Both the position numbers and the translations under genes were made by a program. The notes beneath the pieces were generated by a model. It searched no databases, was not told the DNA's origin, and saw only the letters and a program-made list of their open reading frames with translations. Positions 8,337-15,517 of a stretch of 43,623 bases of DNA are shown here, piece after piece. The DNA lies in the IMG/VR virus record IMGVR_UViG_3300011439_000031, positions 1 through 43,623 of that record, one strand, 5' to 3'. The stretch comes from a virus. Its lineage: Duplodnaviria; Caudoviricetes. Within the stretch, counting starts at the first letter, position 1; every line of letters begins with the position of its first letter.

Positions 8337-8633
8337 TTAGAATTCTCCCGCTAGGGGATCATTCTCCACTACGATGGCTTCGACAACTGGCGTCGAATTC
8401 ACGTTAGGCTTGCGGATACGCTTTACCGTATCGCCCCTTGCGGGCTGCAATCCTTGCGCAATCAAATCAAATTGCGCATCGTGGAGCTTGCGAAGATCGC
8501 TCACGTAATCGCCCAGCGTATCGATATGCTTGGCAATCTGGGCAACCTCAGCGTCGCTACCATCCTTGAAGATTCCCGGGATCAATCGCCCATAGGCTTC
8601 AAATTTCGCCCGGAAAGTCTGCTTATCAGTCAT
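8337..8633 (-). CDS. Early hypothetical protein ending in NDPLAGEF
   Basis: Strong GGAGGTGA RBS; own promoter; downstream hairpins. Confidence 0.85.
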   Translation of the reverse strand: MTDKQTFRAKFEAYGRLIPGIFKDGSDAEVAQIAKHIDTLGDYVSDLRKLHDAQFDLIAQGLQPARGDTVKRIRKPNVNSTPVVEAIVVENDPLAGEF

Positions 8634-8786
8634 TAGTTCACCTCCCTTCGTCTGATCTAGTAGGAACGAAACTCTCCCTAACCTTGTTTCCCGGCCGTAG
8701 GTGGCGCCGTATCGGGAACCGCTTATTAGGCGGTATAGATCGTGCGGGCCTTGCGGACTCGGATGCCATGCGGTTTCGCTGAGAGA

Positions 8787-8816
8787 ATTATGCCCAGATC
8801 GCCGAAAGATTGTCCA
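8787..8816 (-). promoter_or_regulatory. Promoter TGGACA-N18-CATAAT
   Basis: -35 at 8811-8816 and -10 at 8787-8792; implies a ~145-nt leader before ATG 8633. Confidence 0.7.
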
Positions 8817-8826
8817 GATATTTCTT

Positions 8827-8842
8827 TGTGACGTCCGTCACA
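8827..8842. promoter_or_regulatory. CRP/GlxR-type site, perfect TGTGA-N6-TCACA
   Basis: TGTGACGTCCGTCACA. Confidence 0.8.
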
Positions 8843-8843
8843 C

Positions 8844-8877
8844 CAAACAAACGTTCGTCGATCGAACAAACGTTCGT
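8844..8877. promoter_or_regulatory. Two Gram-positive-type LexA (SOS) boxes
   Basis: CAAAC-AAAC-GTTCG (8844-8857) and TCGAAC-AAAC-GTTCGT (8862-8877) versus TCGAAC-N4-GTTCGA. Confidence 0.8.
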
Positions 8878-8893
8878 TGTGACAAATGTCACT
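8878..8893. promoter_or_regulatory. Second CRP/GlxR-type site
   Basis: TGTGA-CAAATG-TCACT, one mismatch. Confidence 0.7.
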
Positions 8894-8928
8894 TGACAAG
8901 CCTACCGAATAACTGCGACGCTGTCTTT

Positions 8929-8943
8929 TGAGAATGATTCTCA
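8929..8943. promoter_or_regulatory. Fur-family 7-1-7 box
   Basis: TGAGAAT-G-ATTCTCA perfect palindrome. Confidence 0.75.
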
Positions 8944-8948
8944 TTACC

Positions 8949-8989
8949 TGATAACGATTTCATGAGAACGATTTCTGAAATCGATTTCA
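8949..8989. promoter_or_regulatory. Three tandem LacI/GalR-family (cre-like) operators
   Basis: TGATAACGATTTCA, TGAGAACGATTTCT, TGAAATCGATTTCA: 14-mers with central CG; the last is a perfect palindrome. Confidence 0.7.
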
Positions 8990-9039
8990 AGCGAACCCAA
9001 TAACTGCGACCCGCCTGCGGCGTAATCTCTCCCGCGAGT

Positions 9040-9063
9040 AACTCAGCCCCGAAGGGCTGAGTT
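9040..9063 (-). other. Stable hairpin with C(UUCG)G loop on the minus strand
   Basis: AACTCAGCCC-TTCG-GGGCTGAGTT. Confidence 0.75.
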
Positions 9064-9186
9064 CTCCCGGCATCGGCACCAGCGCCAATCTTCGGCGCAT
9101 TCGTCGCACAAGCTGAACACGAATTGCGTGGAAGGTTTGGGCGGGGATTTCTCCCCGCCCTTCCCTTTCTCAGTCGATGTACTCAT
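9043..9186 (-). CDS. Possible 47 aa Cys-rich micro-protein (absent from the track)
   Basis: MSTSTEK...CDECAEDWRWCRC...; no clear RBS; overlaps hairpins. Confidence 0.35.
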   Translation of the reverse strand: MSTSTEKGKGGEKSPPKPSTQFVFSLCDECAEDWRWCRCRENSALRG

Positions 9187-9397
9187 CGACGTTCGAGCTG
9201 AGTGAAGCTCGGCACCAGCGCAAGTCGCGCTCGATCAGCTGAACAACGTTGCGCAGGGCATCGGCGTGCTTCTGCGCACGATTTGCCTTCTTGACGAACG
9301 CATCCCGCTCGACCTTCGCCGTGGCGAGATTCTCCGCCAGCTGATCGACAACCTCTTGCGTGATTGCGTCATCGTGGTAACGGTGGTTCAGGTACAT
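9170..9397 (-). CDS. Early hypothetical coiled-coil protein, GC-rich
   Basis: GAGAGGG RBS; first leftward gene; followed by a GAAA hairpin at 9139-9160. Confidence 0.8.
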   Translation of the reverse strand: MYLNHRYHDDAITQEVVDQLAENLATAKVERDAFVKKANRAQKHADALRNVVQLIERDLRWCRASLSSNVDEYID

Positions 9398-9472
9398 GGT
9401 TTGGTTTCCCTCTCAGGTTTGGTGTCGGCCTTTCCGACAAGGATTACTCTACTCCTTCAATGCGTCAATTCC

Positions 9473-9488
9473 GTTACGCCAATGTTAC
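9473..9488. promoter_or_regulatory. GlnR/MtrA-like (OmpR-family) direct repeat
   Basis: GTTAC-N6-GTTAC (GTAAC-N6-GTAAC on the minus strand). Confidence 0.5.
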
Positions 9489-9498
9489 GAGATGATGT

Positions 9499-9532
9499 CG
9501 GTTTATTATGCACCCCTCTGCATAAACATGAA
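9499..9532. promoter_or_regulatory. Tandem ARG-box-like (ArgR) site
   Basis: ...TTATTATGCA-CCCCTC-TGCATAAACATGAA versus TGCAT-N4-ATGCA at a 20-bp period; the first box matches only in its right half. Confidence 0.55.
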
Positions 9533-9534
9533 AT

Positions 9535-9554
9535 GAGAATGAGAACCATTCTCA
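9535..9554. promoter_or_regulatory. Fur-family box
   Basis: GAGAATGAGAACCATTCTC matches GATAATGATAATCATTATC at 15/19 positions. Confidence 0.7.
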
Positions 9555-9563
9555 ATTTCTAGG

Positions 9564-9601
9564 CTGACTGACTAATCAGTCAGTGACTGACGCGTCAGTC
9601 A
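9564..9601. promoter_or_regulatory. Two abutting palindromes resembling TetR-family operators
   Basis: CTGACTGA-CTAA-TCAGTCAG (9564-9583) and the perfect 18-mer TGACTGACGCGTCAGTCA (9584-9601). Confidence 0.55.
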
Positions 9602-9705
9602 GGATTGGTTGATCCCGCAACGAAAAAAGGCGACTAGACTTCGTTTTGTCTGGTAATATCACAGAAGTTTTTTCAGAAAAATTTCACTTTTTTTAAATTG
9701 AAAAC

Positions 9706-10422
9706 TTGCAAAACCTTCAAGAAACTGCTTTACTGGCACAAGTGGCTACCTCTTTCTCTGTACCCCCAATTCGAGTATCTGCAACACCCATAGAAGAACT
9801 CCCCAACCCGGATCGTCTTCTCTCAGACGAACGCTGGATGCAATTTATCACAGACCTAGAGTACACTTACTGGGATAGAGGGGAATACCTCTCCTCCCAA
9901 GATATGGCTGAACTCTACTCTCTAAAACTCGATGAAGCTGAAGCCCTTCTTTTAAAGGCTAACCCAGTCCTAGAAAAGCGCGGCTTACCTCCAACTACTC
10001 GTAAGACCTTGTTCAAGGATCAGTTCGATCCTATGTTCGTTCTAGCTGTGAACAAGCTCTCAGATCCAATGGATAAGAGAAGTAACGCTGTTAAACTAAA
10101 GGACCTAGGACTAAGCACTAAATCTTTCCAAGCTTACCTAAAACTGGAGAAGAACCGGAGTTACTACGAGCGTCGTCTTAGTGAAGCTTTTGAAACAACA
10201 GAGTACTCCGCTAAGACTTCACTCATGCGTAATATCGAGTCGGGAGATCTAAACTCCATCAAGTACTTCCATGAGTACACGGGCCGCTTCAACAGTACCG
10301 AGTCGACCGCTTTCAACTTCATCCTAGTTCTCCAAAAGGTGATGGAAATCTTGGCGCGGCATGTAGATCAGAAGGTTCTTGATTTGGTCGCCTCAGAGTT
10401 TGAGAAGGAAATCTCCGAGTGA
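9706..10422 (+). CDS. Putative terminase small subunit (start uncertain)
   Basis: First rightward gene; HTH-like segments and a C-terminal ...ESGDLNSIKYFHEYTGRF motif of the kind seen in TerS-like proteins. Confidence 0.55.
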   Translation: MQNLQETALLAQVATSFSVPPIRVSATPIEELPNPDRLLSDERWMQFITDLEYTYWDRGEYLSSQDMAELYSLKLDEAEALLLKANPVLEKRGLPPTTRKTLFKDQFDPMFVLAVNKLSDPMDKRSNAVKLKDLGLSTKSFQAYLKLEKNRSYYERRLSEAFETTEYSAKTSLMRNIESGDLNSIKYFHEYTGRFNSTESTAFNFILVLQKVMEILARHVDQKVLDLVASEFEKEISE

Positions 10423-10661
10423 CTAGAGCTAAAGTTCTTCTCTTGGGGGCGGCCTGTACACTTGCCGTGGCGGACTTCTCTCTAATAGCTGCCGAGGCAA
10501 TTACCAGTAAAACACCTAACGGTGTGCGAATCGAGTGCGTGTACGATTCCTGGAGCGACAGTTACTTCGTTATCTTCTCCAAGTGGAAAGACATCGAGGT
10601 AGTCCCTTATTCAGTTTGTCCCGATATGGAAAGGAAATGGATAGATGACAACGGAAACTAA
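10419..10661 (+). CDS. Hypothetical protein with N-terminal hydrophobic/signal segment
   Basis: GTGA coupling; hydrophobic N-terminus. Confidence 0.6.
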   Translation: MTRAKVLLLGAACTLAVADFSLIAAEAITSKTPNGVRIECVYDSWSDSYFVIFSKWKDIEVVPYSVCPDMERKWIDDNGN

Positions 10662-10971
10662 GGAAAAGGAAGTTAAGCCTGAAGATCGACCCCTTACTCC
10701 TGAGGAGAAGGCGGAGATTGCAGCTTATCAGGCTCAGAAGTCAAGGAACGAAGAGTTGGAGAAGTTGTCTAAGAAGACGGAAAAGCCTCGTTCAGGTGAT
10801 GAGCTTCTTGAGGCTGCTTACGTAGGACTCTCTCTTACTAATTCTGACCTTAAGGCTGAAATTGAGGCTTACTTCTACGGTAACGGTCGTTGGGAAGACC
10901 CAGCAAAGGCTGTTGACGAAGCAGATAAGGAAGCTGAGAAGCAGGCTAAGGAAAAGGCTGCTAAGGTTTAA
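10645..10971 (+). CDS. Charged hypothetical protein
   Basis: GAAAGGA RBS; E/K-rich. Confidence 0.75.
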   Translation: MTTETKEKEVKPEDRPLTPEEKAEIAAYQAQKSRNEELEKLSKKTEKPRSGDELLEAAYVGLSLTNSDLKAEIEAYFYGNGRWEDPAKAVDEADKEAEKQAKEKAAKV

Positions 10972-11043
10972 TTTCTCCCCGCTGGAGACTCCCCTTCCCT
11001 GGTAACCCGCCTCACAACGTGAACTAGGGAAGGGTGAGGGAGA

Positions 11044-11241
11044 GTGATGTCAACTGAGACACAGCTACTCTACGGAAACCTTCTATTACTACTCATTAAT
11101 ATCACTGTCCTTCTCTTCGCTCTCCACAAAATAACTAAGACAACGAAGAACTTCCTTCTCTTTATGAAAGACCTTAAAGACTTTTTAGAAAGAGAGATGC
11201 ACAATCATGCCGTGGACGACGAAGACAGCACTCCGTCATAA
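11044..11241 (+). CDS. Small single-TM membrane protein
   Basis: LLYGNLLLLLINITVLLFAL segment. Confidence 0.6.
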   Translation: MMSTETQLLYGNLLLLLINITVLLFALHKITKTTKNFLLFMKDLKDFLEREMHNHAVDDEDSTPS

Positions 11242-11356
11242 CAAGAACGCTAACGGCACCTGGGTTAAGATCGCTAACGGAGTCTTGAAAAAGGGTGGCG
11301 ACGACGCTAAGGCCATTAGAATTGCTAACGCCGCTATTAAAAAGATGAAGAAGTGA
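11207..11356 (+). CDS. 49 aa ChaB/YdaT-like small basic protein (absent from the track)
   Basis: MPWTTKTALRHNKNANGTWVKIANGVLKKGGDDAKAIRIANAAIKKMKK; GTGA overlap with the terminase start. Confidence 0.7.
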   Translation: MPWTTKTALRHNKNANGTWVKIANGVLKKGGDDAKAIRIANAAIKKMKK

Positions 11357-12870
11357 AAACTAAACAAGACGACGTAGTTTCAGTAGGGACACTCTCTAAA
11401 CAGATGTCGGCCGCCTTGAGACGAACTGCTCTGCGGCCCTCTATTCACGGCTACAAACCTCTCCCTCACCAAGAACGTTTCCATAACGACCCCCATAAGA
11501 TAAGGTTGTTCATTGGTGGAAACCGCTCAGGTAAAACTGTCGGCGGCGGTGCTGAGGCTGTAATGATGTTGGCTGGAATTCACCCTGTACGGACCCCTCT
11601 ATTTGGGGCGCCTGTACGTTTAAGAGGCGTTGGAGTCGACTTTGAATCAGGAATCAACCGAATCATGCTTCCAGAAATTGCCCGTTGGATTCCTCCAAGC
11701 CTTCTTAAAAACGGAAGCTGGGAAGATTCCTACGTTAGAGGCGAGCGTACCCTGTATCTTACAAACGGCTCTGTTATGGAATTTCTATCTAACGACCAGG
11801 ACGTAGAAAAGCACGCTGGTGTTAGTCGTCACGGTATTTGGATAGACGAAGAATGTGACCAAGAGATATATAACGAGAACTTAGCTCGTACAATCGACTC
11901 CAAAGGTCATATTTGGATGACTGTAACGCCGCTTCAGGAACTTTCTTGGACTTACGATAGAATTTACACCAAAGGTAAGGCAAACGACCCTAATATTGGC
12001 ATCCATGAGGTCTCAACAACAGAAAATCCCTACATTTCATCGGCTGAAATGGACATTATGATCGATGGAATGAGTGATGCAGAGAAGAAAGCAAGACTTA
12101 CAGGGGCCTATATTAGTCAATCTGGGACCATTTTTAAGCAAGTTTTGAAGCCAGAAGTGTTCATAGATCCAATTGTAAACACTGAAAAATGGCCCCTGTA
12201 CATGTCAAAATGGGGCTTTTTTGGCTGTTTAGACCACGGTTACACCAATCCTACAGCCTTTTATATCATTGCATTCGACGGCGAAGGAAGAATGGTTGTA
12301 TGTGATGAATACTACGAAAGGGGGAGAGTCGTCGAAGAAAATGCCGTTGCGATTCTATCAAGAATTCGACAGCTACGTCTCTCCGAGAAGCTACTATATA
12401 TCGTTGCTGACCCATCCATCAGGAACAAAGATCCTATTACGGGAACATCAATCCAAGCTGAATACGCTGAAGCGGGACTCTATCTTGGATTGGGAAATAA
12501 CGATGTGGATGCGGGGATAAATAGACTAAGTAACCGTTTCCGTAAGAAGCTACTCTTTGTTACCAAGGATTGTGAGAACTTAATCTGGGAACTTCCTCGT
12601 TATAGGTGGGACAAGTTCCAGAGCCGTAAAATAGCTGAGCGTCGTAACGCTAAAGAGAGTCCTCTTAAGAAGGACGATCACGGTATTGACGCTATTAGGT
12701 ACGGTGTAGTAAGTCGGCCAGCCTTGCCTGGCGAAGTAGAGTTTAAGTACGGGAACATTATTAATGCCCCTGTAGCACTTCACGGCGAACGTTTCGATGA
12801 AGACCTTTGGTCTAAAATGGGCGCTTCACAGGAAAAGTCTTTTGATGACACACTAGGAACGGAGTTTTAA
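11353..12870 (+). CDS. terL: Terminase large subunit
   Basis: Walker A GGNRSGKT, Walker B IWIDEE, motif III TVTP, nuclease LDHGYTNP...DHGIDAIRY. Confidence 0.95.
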   Translation: MKTKQDDVVSVGTLSKQMSAALRRTALRPSIHGYKPLPHQERFHNDPHKIRLFIGGNRSGKTVGGGAEAVMMLAGIHPVRTPLFGAPVRLRGVGVDFESGINRIMLPEIARWIPPSLLKNGSWEDSYVRGERTLYLTNGSVMEFLSNDQDVEKHAGVSRHGIWIDEECDQEIYNENLARTIDSKGHIWMTVTPLQELSWTYDRIYTKGKANDPNIGIHEVSTTENPYISSAEMDIMIDGMSDAEKKARLTGAYISQSGTIFKQVLKPEVFIDPIVNTEKWPLYMSKWGFFGCLDHGYTNPTAFYIIAFDGEGRMVVCDEYYERGRVVEENAVAILSRIRQLRLSEKLLYIVADPSIRNKDPITGTSIQAEYAEAGLYLGLGNNDVDAGINRLSNRFRKKLLFVTKDCENLIWELPRYRWDKFQSRKIAERRNAKESPLKKDDHGIDAIRYGVVSRPALPGEVEFKYGNIINAPVALHGERFDEDLWSKMGASQEKSFDDTLGTEF

Positions 12871-13352
12871 TGTTACCTGTTATTGTAGACAAACACTCAA
12901 TGCTTCCTCCAGCAACTTGCTTTAAGTGTCGTGGCGATCAGGGATCACCTAGGCTTTATTGGATGCACATGGGAGTTACATTAGACTTCGAGGGCGTCGT
13001 TTATTACTGTAATGAGTGCCTGTACGATATCGTCAAGGCTATGCCAGATAGTTTCGTACAGTCTCATATCGACAAGCTAATTCTAGCTTACGACGAGGAA
13101 ATCGAAGAGTATAAGATTAGGGATGAAACGGCTACGGCTGTACTGGCGCGCTTGCGCCATTTGGGTTTTGATACGGATAAACTACTAGATGAAGGCGATT
13201 ATGGACGAGATGATGGAGACGATTCTTCAGCAGAACCTGTATCTGATGAACGTCCTCGTGGAAAACAATTCCTTTTTGATGGGGATGAACCAGCGGTTGA
13301 TGAATCGGTTGTTTCCGGAAAGTTCCGAATCGGACAACTTGGAGACAAGTAG
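12870..13352 (+). CDS. Hypothetical protein with CxxC...CxxC and acidic tail
   Basis: CFKC...CNEC; TAATG coupling to terL. Confidence 0.7.
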   Translation: MLPVIVDKHSMLPPATCFKCRGDQGSPRLYWMHMGVTLDFEGVVYYCNECLYDIVKAMPDSFVQSHIDKLILAYDEEIEEYKIRDETATAVLARLRHLGFDTDKLLDEGDYGRDDGDDSSAEPVSDERPRGKQFLFDGDEPAVDESVVSGKFRIGQLGDK

Positions 13353-13473
13353 CTACGAACTTCCTTCTACGGAGCGTAATGAAGAGGAAGGTCAAGAGGG
13401 AACTATTTATCTCGGCCTTCTTCCTGAGACTGTGCTAGATGAACTAGCCGAGAAGGAGTTTGAGGATGCCTGA
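13189..13473 (+). CDS. Small acidic hypothetical protein preceding the portal
   Basis: Bridges to the portal start; overlaps the upstream ORF in another frame. Confidence 0.55.
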   Translation: MKAIMDEMMETILQQNLYLMNVLVENNSFLMGMNQRLMNRLFPESSESDNLETSSYELPSTERNEEEGQEGTIYLGLLPETVLDELAEKEFEDA

Positions 13474-15517
13474 TGAGGCTGTATCCAAAGAAGTAGCTTT
13501 TTGGCAGGCTGAGTACAAAAAGTGCAAGCAACTACGAGAGCCGTTTGAACGGCAATGGTACTTGAACCTTGCGTTCTATAACGGCAAGCAATATGTTAGC
13601 TGGATTCCAGCTAACTCTATTCTGTCTAATCAGCGGCTTATGGATCCTCCTGCACCCAGGTACCGTGTACGATATATCGGCAATAAAGTTAGGCCAGCTG
13701 TACGAATGGAGATTGCGAAACTAACGAAGGAAGAGCCTCAGTTTTACGTTGTTCCGGCTACTACTGAGCCGACAGATGTAATGGCGGCTCAGGTTAGTGA
13801 GGCAATTGCAGAGTACATTCTAGATGCTGCTCATTTTAATATCGCTCGCCGTCGCGCTGCGTTTTGGATGAGTATTTGTGGCACTTCCTTTATCTCCACC
13901 TATATTGAAGAAGATCAGGGAGAGGATATAACTAAGTGTAACATCTGTTACGACGACATTACTCCTTTCCATCTTTTCATTCCTAACCCTCAAGAACAGT
14001 CCATTGAAGAGCAGCCCTACGTTATCCGTGAACGGGCCATTCATGTAGATAAAGTTCAAGAGCAATATGGAATGAAGATAAATCCTTCGGCGATTACAGC
14101 AATTCCTGTGGATCAACGCTTCATGCAGGCAATTGGAATCAGGAATCAAGGACCGTCGATGGATATGGTGACTATGTGGGATATTTGGATTAAGCCCTGC
14201 ATTAAATATCCACAAGGAGGTTACATCGTTATTGCAGGGTCTAAAATCGTGTACGTAGAGCCTCCTATTCAAGATCCCATGTTGAGCCTAGTTGAAAGGC
14301 CACTAGACCTACTTGGTTTTACTCCGACTAGCTACCCATACAAACACGGCATGTTTCCTTTTGCTAAGTCTGAGCACGTTCCGTCTGGTGGTTTCTATGG
14401 CTTGTCGATTATTGAGGATATGATAGCTCCACAACGGGTATACAACCGTCAACGCTCATCCATCATTGAATCAAGTAATCTGACATCAAAGCCGCAGCTT
14501 GTTTACACGAAGGGATCAATTGATCCTAACAAAATCACTTCAGAGCCGGGGTTGCTCATCCCGGTTAACCCCGGCTTTGAAGCTCCTCACTACCTCGATA
14601 CTAAGCCAGTTTCTTCTTATGAAGAGAAGAACATTGAACTTACACTTACTGATCTTGATGATGCAGCGGGACAATACGAAGTAACTAAAGGTAGAACTCC
14701 TCCCGGAGTTGAAGCGGCTTCAGCAATTGCTTATCTTCAGGAAGAGAACGACTCTCGACTTCACACCACGATTGCATCAATTGAAGAAATGACTACTGTT
14801 ATCGGGATTCAAACACTAGAGTTAGTTCAAGAGTTCTGGCCGCCGGAGAAGATTCTAGCTGTTGTTTCTAAGGCTGGAGCTTTAGAGACACAGCAGTTTA
14901 TGAATGCCAACGTTATTGGCGGCACAGATATCAGAGTCGAGACAGGTTCTATGGCACCTAAGTCACGAACGGCTAGACAAGCTTTCATTACTGAGTTGAT
15001 GAAGCTTCAGTTGATTCCACCTGAAAAGGGACTTCGTTACTTGGAAATGTCCGAGACAAACCGCCTGTACGAAGAACTACAGGTCGATTCTAAGCAAGCT
15101 CGTCGTGAGAACGTTAAGATGGCACAAATGCAACAAGATCTTCAACAAATGCAGATGCAGCAAGCAACACAACAAGCTGGTATTGGACCATTAGCTGGTT
15201 TGCCTGGAATGGAACAAGAACCACAGGCGCCTGTACAATTGCCCATGTTTCCCATCAACCCTTGGGATAATAATGATATTCACCTGTACGAACACGGTTT
15301 GTACATGAAGTCGCAAGAATTTGAGACTTTGCCAGATGAGGTAAAGCAGGTTTTTATTACCCACTACATGCTCACTGAGCAGGCTATTTTAGGAGCGCAA
15401 TATGGCGCAGGAGTTCCAGGTGCCGAATACGATACCACCGGCACAGAGCAGCCCGCAGATGGACAGTCAGCCCCAAGTTCAAATGGACAGCCCCAGCCCG
15501 CAGGAAACACTGGGTGA
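13466..15517 (+). CDS. Portal protein (P22-like, podoviral type)
   Basis: ~680 aa after terL; AFYNGKQY, GFYGLSIIEDM...QRVYN and AASAI motifs; Q-rich C-terminus; ATG 13466 follows AAGGAG. Confidence 0.85.
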   Translation: MPDEAVSKEVAFWQAEYKKCKQLREPFERQWYLNLAFYNGKQYVSWIPANSILSNQRLMDPPAPRYRVRYIGNKVRPAVRMEIAKLTKEEPQFYVVPATTEPTDVMAAQVSEAIAEYILDAAHFNIARRRAAFWMSICGTSFISTYIEEDQGEDITKCNICYDDITPFHLFIPNPQEQSIEEQPYVIRERAIHVDKVQEQYGMKINPSAITAIPVDQRFMQAIGIRNQGPSMDMVTMWDIWIKPCIKYPQGGYIVIAGSKIVYVEPPIQDPMLSLVERPLDLLGFTPTSYPYKHGMFPFAKSEHVPSGGFYGLSIIEDMIAPQRVYNRQRSSIIESSNLTSKPQLVYTKGSIDPNKITSEPGLLIPVNPGFEAPHYLDTKPVSSYEEKNIELTLTDLDDAAGQYEVTKGRTPPGVEAASAIAYLQEENDSRLHTTIASIEEMTTVIGIQTLELVQEFWPPEKILAVVSKAGALETQQFMNANVIGGTDIRVETGSMAPKSRTARQAFITELMKLQLIPPEKGLRYLEMSETNRLYEELQVDSKQARRENVKMAQMQQDLQQMQMQQATQQAGIGPLAGLPGMEQEPQAPVQLPMFPINPWDNNDIHLYEHGLYMKSQEFETLPDEVKQVFITHYMLTEQAILGAQYGAGVPGAEYDTTGTEQPADGQSAPSSNGQPQPAGNTG

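Larger units (their letters stand above)
8120..9010. repeat. Four copies of the 16-bp motif ACCSARTAACWGCGAC
   Basis: 8120-8135, 8156-8171, 8904-8919, 8995-9010, all in the same orientation. Confidence 0.9.

Noticed and set aside
8690-8780. c-di-GMP-I or c-di-AMP riboswitch in the leader
   Set aside because: Only superficial GCGAAAC/GCAA similarity; the conserved cores could not be built
8893-8925. Plus-strand TTGACA as a rightward promoter
   Set aside because: No -10-like hexamer 16-19 bp downstream, and no plus-strand gene follows
8726-8944. Track ORFs 8726..8944 (-), 8701..8931 (+), 8112..8330 (-) and 9266..9562 (+)
   Set aside because: They run through promoters, operator boxes and hairpins, lack an RBS and look like chance frames
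8120-9010. 16-bp repeats as a CRISPR or mini-CRISPR array
   Set aside because: The repeats are too short, the spacing is irregular (20, 732 and 75 bp), and no cas operon is present; the Cas4-like gene sits in an ordinary recombination module
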